NCBI RefSeq assembly: GCF_044704955.1 | Contig: NW_027253544.1 | Location: 434,001 to 498,000 of the forward strand | Length of the DNA: 64,000 nt | Origin: Pristiophorus japonicus | Taxonomy: Eukaryota | Reading direction: 5' to 3' | Shown: piece by piece, positions 1-11,935 of the stretch | Layout: the number at the start of each line of letters is the position of its first letter | How positions within the stretch are numbered: position 1 is the first letter of the stretch | The notes under the pieces: model-generated | What the model was told of the DNA's origin: nothing | The model's database searches: none | Seen by the model: only the letters and a program-made list of their open reading frames with translations | Position numbers and translations under genes: made by a program

Positions 1-159
1 CGGGAAATTGCATCACGCGGGTCTGCGTCACTTCCACCGATGCACAGAGAAGATGATGAACCCGGGAGCTATATTCAAATGAGGCCCGGCAGTTAAAATC
101 AGCCAGATTTCCTGGTCTGGCGATGCTCCGGGACCGTCGCCCGTTATATCCCAGATACA

Positions 160-2375
160 AGCGTACTATGCTTCAACAAAGGGGACTACAGTGGGATGAG
201 GGCAGAGTTGGCTAAAGTAGACTGGAAACACAGACTAAACGGTGGCACAATTGAGGAACAGTGGAGGACTTTTAAGGAGCTCTTTCATAGTGCGCAACAA
301 AAATATATTCCAGTGAAAAAGAAGGGCGGTAAGAGAAGGGATAACAAGCCATGGATAACCGAAGAAATAAAGGAGAGTATCAAATCAAAGACCAATGCGT
401 ATAAGGTGGCCAAGGTTAGTGGGAAACTAGAAGATTGGGAAAATTTTTAACAACAGCAAAGCATGACTAAAAAACAATAAAGAAAGGAAAGATAGATTAT
501 GAAGGTAAACTTGTGCAAAACATAAAAACAGACAGTAAAAGCTTTTACAGATACATAAAACGGAAAAGAGTGACTAAAGTAAATGTTGGTCCCTTAGAAG
601 ATGAGAAGGGGGATTTAATAATGGGAAATGTGGAAATGGCTGAGACCTTAAACAATTATTTTGCTTCGGTCTTCACAGTGGAAGACACAAAAACAATGCC
701 AAAAATTGCTGGTCACAGGAATGTGGGAAGGGAGGACCTTGAGAGAATCACTATCACTAGGGGGGTAGTGCTGGACAGGCTAATGGGACTCAAGGTAGAC
801 AAGTCCCCTGGTCCTGATGAAATGCATCCCAGGGTATTAAAAGAGATGGCGGAATTATAGCAGATACATTCGTTATAATCTACCAAAATTCTCTGGACTC
901 TGGGGAGGTACCAGCGAATTGGAAAGCAGCTAATGTAACGCCTCTGTTTAAAAAAGGGGGCAGACAAAAGGCAGGTAACTATAGGCCGGTTAGTTTAACA
1001 TCTGTAGTGGGGAAAATGCTTGAAACTATCATTAAGGAAGAAATAGCGGGACATCTAGATCGGAATAGTGCAATCAAGCAGACACAACATGGATTCATGA
1101 AGGGGAAATCATGTTTAACTAATTTACTGGAATTCTTTGAGGATATAACGAGCATGTTGGATAGAGGTGTACCGATGGATGTGGTGTATTTAGATTTCCA
1201 AAAGGCATTCGATAAGGTGCCACACAAAAGGTTACTGCAGAAGATAGAGGAACGCGGAGTCAGAGGAAATGTATTAGCATGGATATAGAATTGGCTGGCT
1301 AACACAAAGCAGAGAGTCGGGATAAATGGGTCCTTTTTGGGTTGGAAATCGGTGGTTAGTGGTGTGCCACAGGGATCGGTGCTGGGACCACAACTGTTTA
1401 CAATATACATAGATGACCTGGAAGAGGGGACAGAGTGTAGTGTAACAAAATTTGCAGATGACACAAAGATTAGTGGGAAAGTGGGTTGGGTGGAGGACAC
1501 AGAGAGGCTGCAAAGAGATTTGGATAGGTTAAGCGAATGGGCGAAGGTTTGGCAGATGGAATACAATGTCGGAAAGTGTGAGGTCATCCACCTTGGGAAA
1601 AAAAAACAGTAAAAGGGAATATTATTTGAATGGGGAGAAATTACAACATGCTGAGGTGCAGAGGGACCTGGGGGTCCTTGTGCATGAATCCCAAAAAGTT
1701 AGTTTGCATGTGCAGCAGGTAATCAGGAAGGTGAATGGAATGTTGGCCTTCATTGCGAGAGGGATGGAGTACAAAATCAGGGAGGTCCTGCTGCAACTGT
1801 ATAGGGTATTGATAAGGCCACACCTGGAGTACTGCGTGCAGTTTTGGTCACTGGCTTTGGAGGGGGTACAGAGATGTTTCACTTGGCTGATTTCGGAGAT
1901 GAGGGAGTTACCTTATGATGATAGATTGAGTGGACTGGGTCTTTACTCCTTGGAGTTCAGAAGGATGATAGGTGATCTTATCGAAACATTTAAAATAATG
2001 AAAGGCATAGACAAGATAGAGGCAGAGAGGTTGTTTCCACTGGTGGGGGAGACTAGAACTAGGGGGCACAGCCTCAAAATACGGGGGAGCCAATTTAAAA
2101 CCGAGTTGAGAAGGAATTTCTTCTCCCAGAGGGTTGTGAATCTGTGGAATTCTCTGCCCAAGGAAGCAGTTGAGGCTAGCTCACTGAATGTATTCAAGTC
2201 ACAGATAGATAGATTTTTAACCAATAAGGGAATTAAGGGTTACGGGGAGCGGGCGGGTAAGTGGAGCTGAGTCCACGGCCAGATCAGCCATGATCTTATT
2301 GAATGGCGGAGCAGGCTCGAGGGGCTAGATGGCCTACTGCTATTCCTAATTCTTATGTTCTTATGTTCTTATGTT
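160..2375 (+). mobile_element. 5'-truncated CR1 LINE (ORF2 RT region, frameshifted) with 3' (TTCTTATG)n tail
   Basis: ORF pieces 196-2270 give CR1 ORF2 motifs ([58 protein letters not shown]); microsatellite tail at ~2350-2375. Confidence 0.95.
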
Positions 2376-2486
2376 CCCGCCCCACGCGCTCTGTTCCCGT
2401 CTCTGCGTTAATATCGGGGTCGGTGATTCAGGACATGACACAATCTGAAGCAATCAAATCACACCTCTTTTTAAAAATCCTTTCAG

Positions 2487-2552
2487 ATACAACCAATCAG
2501 AACTTCATAACTACAGCACACAGGACACTAGATCCAGCAACAGAAAAGAACG
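2487..2552 (+). CDS. Candidate small internal exon (phase 1-1), Thr-rich stalk/linker-like peptide DTTNQNFITTAHRTLDPATEKN
   Basis: Acceptor tcctttcag/ at 2486, donor ACG/gtaggt at 2553, 66 nt open and symmetric in phase; no homology recognised. Confidence 0.35.
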
Positions 2553-3123
2553 GTAGGTGAACCAATCAAACCACTCAAAATACTTTTGCAAAACATGTTC
2601 CCCTGAGCCCTCTGGTTACACACAGGTAAACAATACAAGTTAAAACGTAACTGATAGAAAAATGCAGGAATATTTTAACCTCCCAATAAAATGGCCCACC
2701 CCCTGACTAAACTGCTCTGTGATGATTTTCTGCCTGGGGCTTTGTGGTCGGCCTCTAACTGGAGGAAGCAGCACTGCTCCTGGCCGAGCTCGCCCTGTCG
2801 CTCACGTGGAGCCCTGTTGATACCCACCCAACACCAGCACACCTTTTGCCCTTCAGGCCTGCCTCCAACCCAATGTTCCACCCCCTCGATCCCTCCCTGC
2901 TGTGTGTCAGCCATGGCTCAGGTCAAGTCCCTCTCCAGAGACTTGAGCACAAGAAGCTAGGCTGACACTGTTGGCCAGTACAGTGTGATGTTAAAGAGCT
3001 AAGCTCAGGATATGTTTAAAACAACTAGCTGAAATTCAGGGTCCGTATAAGGCCGGTTACCGCCGTTTTGCGACGGCCACGTGGCGAAATCGAGTGGCCG
3101 CCATGTTGCAGTCCATTGGCCAC

Positions 3124-3800
3124 TGTCGAAATCTCGACCTCCGAAAAGAATGACTCCGACACTTACAGCTCCGGTAGAAGTTTCTTATCTTTACTTGCTC
3201 GCAAGGGTGCGTCACACTCAGTCAAGGGCTAAGTGAACACCTCCGAAATGGTTCAGTTTAACAAGATATTTATACAGTAAAACCAAAGTTCTGGCCTCTC
3301 CCTGTGTATTGCTCTGTCTCACAGTCAGTGAATACAGATAAAGAGTTAATTACTATATCCTGGTCCTGACATGGTATCCAGATATTTCCTTTTGTCAGGA
3401 TTATCAGAAAGCCAAACGGCCATTACTCCATGAGTCATAGGTAATGGGCTATCACCTGTCTTGTATTGTGTCAGGATTGTTTCAATTTCCTGGTCAGCTT
3501 ATCTGTTTGCATCAGATGGATGAGGTCTCGGAAAGAGATAATGGCTAGAAGATAAGGGTGGGGTGACATGGAACTCCTGTAGTGTAGACAATAGGAGAGC
3601 ACCATGGGGGGGGGTTACTTGTCTCAGCATGACTTGTCTCCTAGCTGTCTGATGGCCATCAGCCATCTAACAGCAGGTTTAGCTGTTTATGCAAGCTGAC
3701 TGCTAAAATGCAGAAAGTTCTGGAAGGGCCAGGACTACATTTTAATCAAAAGGCACACAAATACCGTATGGTATCAGCTTAGATAAAAATACTTTCCACA
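3124..3800 (-). repeat. ERV 3' LTR (677 bp)
   Basis: Near-identical to 9462-10139 (about 10 differences by eye); preceded on the minus strand by a polypurine tract. Confidence 0.95.
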
Positions 3801-3830
3801 TTCCCCCATTTTGTCCTTCACAAGGACAAC

Positions 3831-5241
3831 TTAATCCATTCTGATCTTGTACAGTCTCTCCATTTCCATTTCCACACAAGAGCCTTCAGCAGTTGTTGCT
3901 ACCATAACTCTAGCCGTGGTCTCGGTAGGTAACATAGTTTCTCCCACCCTGGCACAGCAACACTTAACGATGACAAATAATAGATACAGGGCGAAGACTA
4001 TCAGCAGGAATATGATCAAACCCTGTACCACAGATTTCCCCAGGGCTCCCAACCATCCCGATGTTTTCAGCTAGACTGCTGATATCTTCTGATTTATCTG
4101 GGATATACGTACAGCATTCTTCACCTATTAATGCGCATGTTCCTCCCTCCTTGGCTAGGAGATAATCTAAGGCCATACGATTTTGGAGAGCCACTGTTCG
4201 AATAGCTACCATTTCGTCATTTATCCCTTCAAAGGCTTGGGAAGTTGCGTTGGCTACTGATTCTACTAAGTTAGCCAGTTCCCGTAACTGCCATTCGGTC
4301 GATGCTATTCCATAGGGTGGCACCATTACCTTGAATATTCCGTTTAGCCACGTCAAATCCCGTTCAAATCTGTGGCTTCCATAGGCCTCCCTTAGAGTCC
4401 TTACTGATCTGATAAGGGGTACCACATATCCTAAGTAACAGGACCCTGTCCAGTTGGCTGGTAACCATGGGTAGGCTTTATGGCCACAAATAAAGTAGGT
4501 GCAATTATAGGGTGTCAGCTCCTGGTCCTTTCGCACTATCCCTACTCGAGTGGTCTCACCTTCCCACCCTTCACCTGGGGCTTTGTTATGGACCGTTGTC
4601 CAGCCAACGGTTGCTATCTTTCTCTCAGTGGGATTAGTTGTGGCTTGCCATTTAGTCATTTGGGAACACTTGCTGCGTCCCATTTCTGGTCCTTTAGTTT
4701 CATTACTCACTAGGCATATTATACCTTCAGGATTTCCTATTCTGGGAGTAATGCTTAGGAAGGGAGGCTGATGGTTATTATCATAATTGGGCTGGTACCA
4801 TCCCTGGAAGGCTGTGAGTTTATACCCTGCCGACCTCCATTCTGTTTGCTCCTTCGTTTCTGGCCCCTTAGTTAGTTTTGTCCTGTTTTGCACTGTCAAC
4901 CATTCTACCATTTCTGATTCGTTGAAGGGGACAGATCTCAGGGGAATACCCCCCCTGGAGTGAACAGGTACATGGGAACATATCCAACAACTCGACAAGT
5001 TTCTTTCTTGAGCATACCTATGACTCAGTGCCATAAATACGTTTACGTGCCATTCCCTTCGGTGGTGGGTCTGTACCCCTGGTGTAATCAATAATGTGAA
5101 GTAAAACCCTGTCAAGCCCAGCACCATCAGTCCCCATAGTCCATACAGTTCCTTATTCAGTCTTCCTTTTTCTGTTCCTCTGATTCCTTCGTCCCTTCCT
5201 CCTGGTCGGGTGCCCGTTTGCAATGGGATGCGTGGATCCAT
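3831..5241 (-). pseudogene. env: Retroviral gamma-type envelope, one frameshifting deletion before the membrane anchor
   Basis: CWIC motif in SU, RFER furin-like site, ISD LQNRMALDYLLAKEGG, CX6CC (CALIGEECC); TM anchor GLIIFLLIVFALYLLFVIV lies in a different frame (ORF 3831-4052). Confidence 0.93.
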
Positions 5242-6452
5242 GTTGGTCTTTCCTTTACCTTGATTGCAGTATTGGTCGCCAGCAAGACCTGGTATGGTCC
5301 TTCGAATCTTGGCTGTAGACTGCTTTTCCTTTTAAAAATCTTGATGTAAACGAATTCCCCTGGCTCCAGGTTATGACACTTCCCTTCCGCTGGCTTGACT
5401 TGGGCTTCCTTTACCTGTGAATGAAAGCTGGAAATACATTTGGTTAGTGCAATACAATAATTCAACATATTTTCCTCCATTTTGTGGATGTCCATTTGTT
5501 TTGCAGTAAATGGTGCTGTAAAAGGTAGTCGTTGGGGACGTCCCATAACTATCTCATGCGGTGACAGGCCTGTTGTTCTGTTGGTTGCAGATCGCATTAC
5601 CATCAAAGCTAAGGGCAGCAGTTCTGTGCATTTCAGTCCAGTATCATTGCATAGTTTTGCCAGCTTATTTTTAAGCATTCCATTATATCTTTCAACAAGT
5701 CCAGCTGATTGTGGATGATAACTGCAATGAAAACGTTGATTAATCTGTAAAGCTTTACACATTTCTCTTATAACAGTTCCCGTGAAATGTGACCCGTTAT
5801 CACTGGAAAGCTTAGCAGGGATTCCGAAGCGCGGTACAATTTCTTTTAACAAACATTTAGCAACAGTAGTGGCATCGGCCTTTTTACATGGAAAGGCTTC
5901 AATCCATCTAGAGAACACATCTACAATAACTAATACATACTTGAATCCCATACACATAGGTAATTCAATAAAATCCATTTGTAAATGTCCAAAAGGCCCG
6001 ACTGGATTTGGGTGGGAGGCAGATTCTACTTTTTCCATCTTACCCAGATTCATTGTCTGACAGGTAACACAATTTTCACAGATTTGTTTTGCAATTGCCG
6101 AAATACCTGGTGCATACCAAGTTGCCAAAATATAATCTGCCAATCCCCCTTTGCCTGCATGTGTGAATGTATGAACACATCGGGCAATCCATGGAAGTAA
6201 GGATCTAGGGGCCACCACGCGGCCGTCCTGGTGAACCCATATTCCTTCTGGATTTTTATAACATTGATCCTTCGTCCAGGTCACCACCTCCTCCGTACTG
6301 GCCTGTGTCTGAAAGGCCAGCACGTCATTAATAGTGGGTGGCGGGTCTGAGCAATTATTTTTCCTTAATGGGAACAATGACACCTGCATCCCCCCTTTCG
6401 ACAGAGCTGCTGACTTAGCTGCATTATCAGCTCTGGCATTCCCAAGTGCCAC
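5157..6452 (-). CDS. pol: Retroviral integrase (open reading frame, end of pol)
   Basis: H-x3-H...CxxC zinc finger (HTFTH...CVTC), QMDFIEL, SSDNGSHF, HPQSAGLVER catalytic D,D,E motifs, GPY C-terminal motif. Confidence 0.93.
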   Translation of the reverse strand: MALGNARADNAAKSAALSKGGMQVSLFPLRKNNCSDPPPTINDVLAFQTQASTEEVVTWTKDQCYKNPEGIWVHQDGRVVAPRSLLPWIARCVHTFTHAGKGGLADYILATWYAPGISAIAKQICENCVTCQTMNLGKMEKVESASHPNPVGPFGHLQMDFIELPMCMGFKYVLVIVDVFSRWIEAFPCKKADATTVAKCLLKEIVPRFGIPAKLSSDNGSHFTGTVIREMCKALQINQRFHCSYHPQSAGLVERYNGMLKNKLAKLCNDTGLKCTELLPLALMVMRSATNRTTGLSPHEIVMGRPQRLPFTAPFTAKQMDIHKMEENMLNYCIALTKCISSFHSQVKEAQVKPAEGKCHNLEPGEFVYIKIFKRKSSLQPRFEGPYQVLLATNTAIKVKERPTWIHASHCKRAPDQEEGTKESEEQKKED

Positions 6453-6479
6453 CTCATTCGACTGGCCTGTATGTGCTTG

Positions 6480-7500
6480 GCATTTGATAATGGGAAGTTT
6501 TAAGGGGCATTAAATGGCTCGCAGGAGATTTTCCACTTGTTCTGCATTTTTGATAGGGGTTCCTGAAGAAGTCAGGTACCCGCGAATCTTCCAAATTTGT
6601 CCATAGTCATGTGATACCCCAAAAGCATACCTGGAGTCAGTGTAGATATTAACTGTGTGTCCTTCAGCCAGAATACAGGCTCGAGTTAACGCAAACAATT
6701 CGGCTTGTTGGGCTGAAAAGGAGTCTGGAAGAGAGCCTGTTTCGACAACATTAAACTGAGTTACAATTGCATAAGCTGCTCTCAGTTGGCCCCTATCATT
6801 TCGTAAGTCTGATCCGTCAACATAGTACATTAGATCAGGGTTACACATTGGTACATCTGTTAGATTGATACGTGGTTTAGTCACTAATTCGGTTACCATT
6901 TCACATGAATGGGGTTCGCCGTCGTCATCCGTGGGGAGTAGAGTGGCTGGATTTAAGGTAGTGCATCTTTTGATGATTAGGTTCGGATTTGATAACAGTT
7001 CGACCTCGTATTTAGTGGTTCTTGCGGAGGTTAGGTGTTGGGTGGCACATTTAGTAAGTAAAATCTCGACAGAGTGTGGGATATACAAAATGGTCTGATG
7101 ATTCAGAGTTATTGTCTGAGCCTGTTGCATAGCATAATAAGCTGCTGCCAACAAAGGAAGACATCCTGGTAGTCCGCGTGTTACTGGGTCTAGTTGGGTA
7201 CTGAAATATGCTACCGGTCGCTGCTTGTCCCCATGTAACTAAGTCAAAACAGATTGTGCAAAACCCGACTTGTGATGCACAAATAAGTTGAATAGCTTAG
7301 TGTAATCTGGTAATCCCAAGGCTGGTGCTGAAGTGAGGGACTGCTTAAGACTCTGGAAAGCATTCCGGGATACTTCATTCCACATCCTTTAAGCATTGTG
7401 AGAATATAGTAGATTCATTCACAGCTCATAGGTCATGGACACACCTCCATTTGTGTGGGCTTCTGAACTGGACGAATCTGTGTGTTACACGGACTTCTCA
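6480..7500 (-). pseudogene. pol: ERV pol RT-connection/RNase H plus deleted RT remnants
   Basis: YVDGS, AQQAELFAL, NIYTDSRY (RNase H); SAPALGLPDY and RPVAYFS with a stop; RT scraps SPCNT..PV.KP, KWRCVHDL*AVN and TIFSQCL fused near 7380-7500. Confidence 0.88.
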
Positions 7501-8929
7501 TTTATGCTTATAGTGATTCACAGATCACAGAATGTAAAGTACTTGTTTTCTAATTTTATTAAAAGGCTTCCAAACCCAAGATTTTTCCAATACACCCAAA
7601 ATGTTGATCAAGGAGATCACCTGAAATATCTCAAAATCCCAATTCAACTATTGTACTGTCACTCTTTATCAAAAAAATCCTCTTACTGAGCTAGAAGCTT
7701 TTGTACCAAGATTTTACACCAAGGACAATGAGAGTGTACTCCCCCAGCCTGCACCTCGAGAGACCCACAAAGGCTTTTTTTCAAAAAAAAGGCATTACAA
7801 CTTTTAACCACCGGGACCATGTCTCAACAAACCTATCCTTTGTGCATTTCCTAGCTCCGTAACCTCTCATCCGAATAAATCCACACCTACGCTTCTAACT
7901 TAAAATGTCTTAAACTTCCCACATACAGGACAACACTATGAAGGGTTAAAAAAACTTCACTTTGTTTGAAAAAGTGGGTGGAGCTAAAACAAACAGGCAG
8001 TTCCACAACCTTTCCAAACAGGTTTCCAGACACAAGGAAAAAAAACAGAAGCACTCTCATTCAAAGACAAGACATTCACGCACTCTCATTCAAAGACAAG
8101 ACATTCACAAGTCTCTCTCCATTCAATAAAGCTTTTTCTTTTGCTAGCTTCATTTTTTTTTTGAATCCATAAGTCACTATCAGGTTCTCTTTTTTTTTAC
8201 ATTTGATTTACTTCCTCTGTTAATTTTACATGGGCTTGAAGAATCGGAACCCAGGCCTTTTCTATTACTTTCCTTTTTTTTTCTACCTGGATCTCTGTTT
8301 ATAAGACACTCCTCTAGACATGTTGTTCTCTCTAAATTAAATGAACCATCGGGTGGAAATGGCCTGTTTTCACCCTTAGTCCACTTTACCGGTTTTTGTT
8401 TCTTTGGTCAATTGAAGACTGACCACAATTCTGGAGCATGACATAGGCTGGTGTGCCTTTTGGTGGTGGTTTACTTGCTCCAGCCCCCATTCTGGATGAT
8501 TTAAGATTTTTCCACAGTTTCTGATCTCACAATCCTTTCGGCCAACCGAGTTCTCTACGCCCACTTCTCCTGGCCGTTACGTGGCCTGAAAAGGCTCTTA
8601 ATTCGGGCTCAGTCTGGGTGTATGAGATATGTTGGCACGAACCAACCGTAGTTGATCAATCAAGTTACTGTTTCTTTTCTTAATCAATCCTTGTGTTTTT
8701 TTTTTGAATCACAATTTTCCCTAGTGACTCTTCTCGTTTCTCTAATGGCAATGACTCTCAAAGGTATTGCACGCGACAGTAATACAAGGACAACAAACAA
8801 TATTCCCGCGAGTACACAAATCATAACCTCTAAACAAATTCTCAGTCTGCGTTGTACGCCACTACAGACCGAGTCCTTAACTTATCCTAATAAAAACTGA
8901 TAAAACTTAAGGTTCCGTACCCAAACTCT

Positions 8930-9150
8930 TTGATCGATTGCGCTTTCTTTTTTTTTATAGTCTTATCACATAAGAACCCCTTCCGAATTAAAAACAATAA
9001 AAATCATATCACATAAGAACCTTCGATCGATTAGCGCTTTCTTTTTTCTCTTTTTTTTTTTAATAGTCTTATCACATAAGAACCCCTTCCGAATTAAAAA
9101 CAATAAAAATCTTATCACATAAGAACCTGGAACCCTTTTCGATCGACTAG
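8930..9150. repeat. Tandem duplication (~106-bp period) in the ERV 5' leader; ATCACATAAGAACC occurs four times
   Basis: tcttatcacataagaaccccttccgaattaaaaacaataaaaatc at 8961 and again at 9067. Confidence 0.85.
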
Positions 9151-9438
9151 CGCTCCCTTACCTACTGAAACCTTCCCCGGGCTGTCTCGAGATTTTTTCC
9201 AGAACCTGTTCTCTTCTGCTGGCGAGCTGAGAAAGAAATGGTTATAAAAAATACCTTTAACTTTTAAATGCCGAGTCTTGTAGATGCAGTACCTCCGCTG
9301 TGGACAACAGATTACATCTGCGATTCAACAGTGAAGAAACCTCTTGTGAGCAAAGGCTCACCTTGTTTGGCCACCGAAGCCTTTCACTGGAGAGGCACTA
9401 TGCCTGTATCCGTTTTACTCACAGGACAGAGAGTATGC

Positions 9439-9456
9439 CTCTTGGTGGAACCTCCA
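9439..9456 (-). other. ERV primer-binding site, tRNA-Gln type
   Basis: Minus strand TGGAGGTTCCACCAAGAG 5 nt after the 5' LTR; complementary to the tRNA-Gln 3' end (..CTCGGTGGAACCTCCA) with minor mismatch. Confidence 0.85.
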
Positions 9457-9461
9457 ATAAC

Positions 9462-10139
9462 TGTCGAAATCTCGACCTCCGAAAAGAATGACTCCGACAC
9501 TTACAGCTCCGGTAGAAGTTTCTTATCTTTAATTGCTCGCAAGGGGTAGGTCACACTCAGTCAAGGGCTAAGTGAACAGCTCCGAAATGGTTCAGTTTAA
9601 CAAGATATTTATACAGTAAAACCAAAGTTCTGGCCTCTCCCTGTGTATTGCTCTGTCTCACAGTCAGTGAATACAGATAAAGAGTTAATTACTATATCCT
9701 GGTCCTGACATGGTATCCAGATATTTCCTTTTGTCAGGGTTATCAGAAAGCCAAACGGCCATTACTCCATGAGTCATAGGTAATGGGCTATCACCTGTCT
9801 TGTATTGTGTCAGGATTGTTTCAATTTCCTGGTCAGTTTATCTGTTTGCATCAAATGGATGAGGTCTCGGAAAGAGATAATGGCTAGAAGATAAGGGTGG
9901 GGTGACATGGAACTCCTGTAGTGTAGACAATAGGAGAGCACCATGGGGGGGGGTTACTTATCTCAGCATGACTTGTCTCCTAGCTGTCTGATGGCCATCA
10001 GCCATCTAACAGCAGGTTTAGCTGTTTATGCAAGCTGACTGCTAAAATGCAGAAAGTTCTGGAAGGGCCAGGACTCCATTTTAATCAAAAGGCACACAAA
10101 TACCGTATGGTATCAGCTTAGATAAAAATACTTTCCACA
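9462..10139 (-). repeat. ERV 5' LTR (678 bp)
   Basis: Pairs with 3124-3800; followed by the PBS on the minus strand. Confidence 0.95.
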
Positions 10140-10623
10140 CCACCCCGACCCAAATTCAGCCACAAGCGCGTCATCAAAGCACGCACCGCCGCTATCCCGC
10201 ACCTCCATTGCAATCTGCCCCAAAGTTACTTTAAAAAAACCACGAGCCGCTGCATGGTGCCCCCGACAGCTTTTTCTGTTGGTGCACCTTGTTCTGCCTG
10301 TGTGCAGCACGACAGCGTGGCGGCCCTTCAAGGGGAGGGCCCACTGCCGCGGCCACCATGTTTTTATTTTTGCCGGCCGACTTCCCGATCGGCCGGCCAA
10401 TTATTGCCCCGGGTTCAGCCGGGCCGGCAACAGGGTCAGTGGCCTGGCCCCTCCCTGGTGGCCCAGTGGACCGATGTTTCTGAATGCTGAATGCTCTCAC
10501 CTTAAGTGAAGGGTAGAGCGGGGTTACACACACGCGTCGTGACCTCATCGCCACTTCCATTTCAAGTTATTACTTTTTGTTGTTCCTCATCTGTTCTGAT
10601 CATCAGTTATTTACTATTCACAG

Positions 10624-10972
10624 GTCGAAAGACAAGTCCGGTTCTTATCCAGTCCCCAGAAGTTGTGACGGTGCCCGAGGGTGGGATGGTGAAGTTTTGG
10701 TGTACCCTGGAGAGCAGCAATGTGAATGTGGATAAATATTCTGTACACTGGTACCTCTCACAGGATAGGAAACACAAAATATTTACTCATTGTGCAGATG
10801 GCAGGGTTGACCGATCACATAGTTTCTCTGAGCGGTTCCAGCTCTCCAGAGATGATGCCAGTAACAGCTACATTCTGACCATCAGAGGTATGCAGCGCAG
10901 AGACAGCGCTGTCTATATCTGTGGTATTTTGGGGAATAATCTATGGAAATGGAACCCGGCTGAAAGTAACCA
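10624..10972 (+). pseudogene. Germline-joined VJ immunoglobulin-superfamily exon V1 (+1 frameshift in CDR3)
   Basis: cacag/ acceptor; PVLIQSP..WC..VHWY..RFQLSRD..YILTI..DSAVYIC. Removing one base of TTTTGGGG (10927-10934) gives CGIWGIIYGNGTRLKVT then A/gtaagt; exon is 349 nt = 3n+1. Confidence 0.9.
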
Positions 10973-11250
10973 GTAAGTACCTTCTATGTTATATTGGTTT
11001 TATACCTAATAATGTTATGTACAAGCATCTTGTTTAAATGTTATACAAGCTGTTCCTTTTACAGTAACACTGAGTTTTAACTACAGAATGGAGGGTGAAA
11101 TCTGGGCCAAACTCAATTTGTTTTTAATAGAACAAATAATTGTGAGCACATGGTGGGACAAAATCTCACACACAGGATTCAACGGTAAAATACATGTTGA
11201 GGGAAAAGTGCAGTAATAGGAATAATTTAGAGAGCTCTAAACCATGAAAT

Positions 11251-11935
11251 CGACCCTGATATTAACCCCCTGCCACCCTCTGCCCCTCCATGCTGTGCGG
11301 GAGAGCATCGGAGGGGTGGGTGTTCGTGTTAATTATGGGAAAATTGTCCCCAACATGCCCAAGTCCTCCAGATAGCGCACTCTCTCCTTTCCCTTCCGCC
11401 TCCCCCAATCATGCCCTCTCTCTCCCTCCCCTCCCGCACCTCCCCCCACACGATCGTGGTCTCTCTCTCTCTCTCTCCCCCCTCCCCCTTGCCCAATCAT
11501 GGCCTCTTTCTCTCCCTGCCCGATCGTAGCCTCTCTCTCTCCCCCACCCGATCGTGGCCTCTCTCTCTCCCTGCCCGATCGTAGCCTCTCTCTCTCCCTG
11601 CCCGATCGTGGCCTCTCTCTCTCCCCTGCCCAATCGTGGCCTCTCTCTCTCTCCCCCTCGCCCGATCATGGCCTCTCTCTCTCTCTCCCCACCCAATCGA
11701 GCCCTCTCTCTCTCCCCACCTGTTCATGGTCTCTATCTCTCTCCCGCCCAATCATGGCCTTTCTCTCTCTCCCCCCCACCCGATCGTGGTCTCTCTCTCT
11801 CTTCCACCCAATCATGGCCTCTCTCTCTCCCTGCCCGATCGTGGCCTTTCTCTCTCACCTGCCCAATCGTGGCCTCTCTCTTTCTCCCCGCCTGTTCACT
11901 GTCTCTCTCTCTCTCTCTCTCTCCCCCTGCCCATT
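11251..11935. repeat. MITE-like element containing a pyrimidine-rich minisatellite (~27-30-bp unit CCCGATCGTGGCCTCTCTCTCTCCCTG)
   Basis: Tandem units at 11400-11935; start gaccctgatattaac is the inverse of ttaatatcggggtc at ~2408-2421. Confidence 0.75.

Larger units (their letters stand above)
3124..10139 (-). mobile_element. Endogenous retrovirus (class I, gamma/epsilon-like), internally deleted provirus
   Basis: Paired TG...CA LTRs, CCAC target-site duplication (3120-3123 / 10140-10143), PBS, PPT (tgggggaa on minus strand next to 3800), pol and env remnants. Confidence 0.96.

Noticed and set aside
11065-11184. Open 120-nt phase 1-1 segment after V1 with AG/GT ends
   Set aside because: Peptide is neither TM-like nor similar to the V3 downstream exons, and the donor is weak; likely chance
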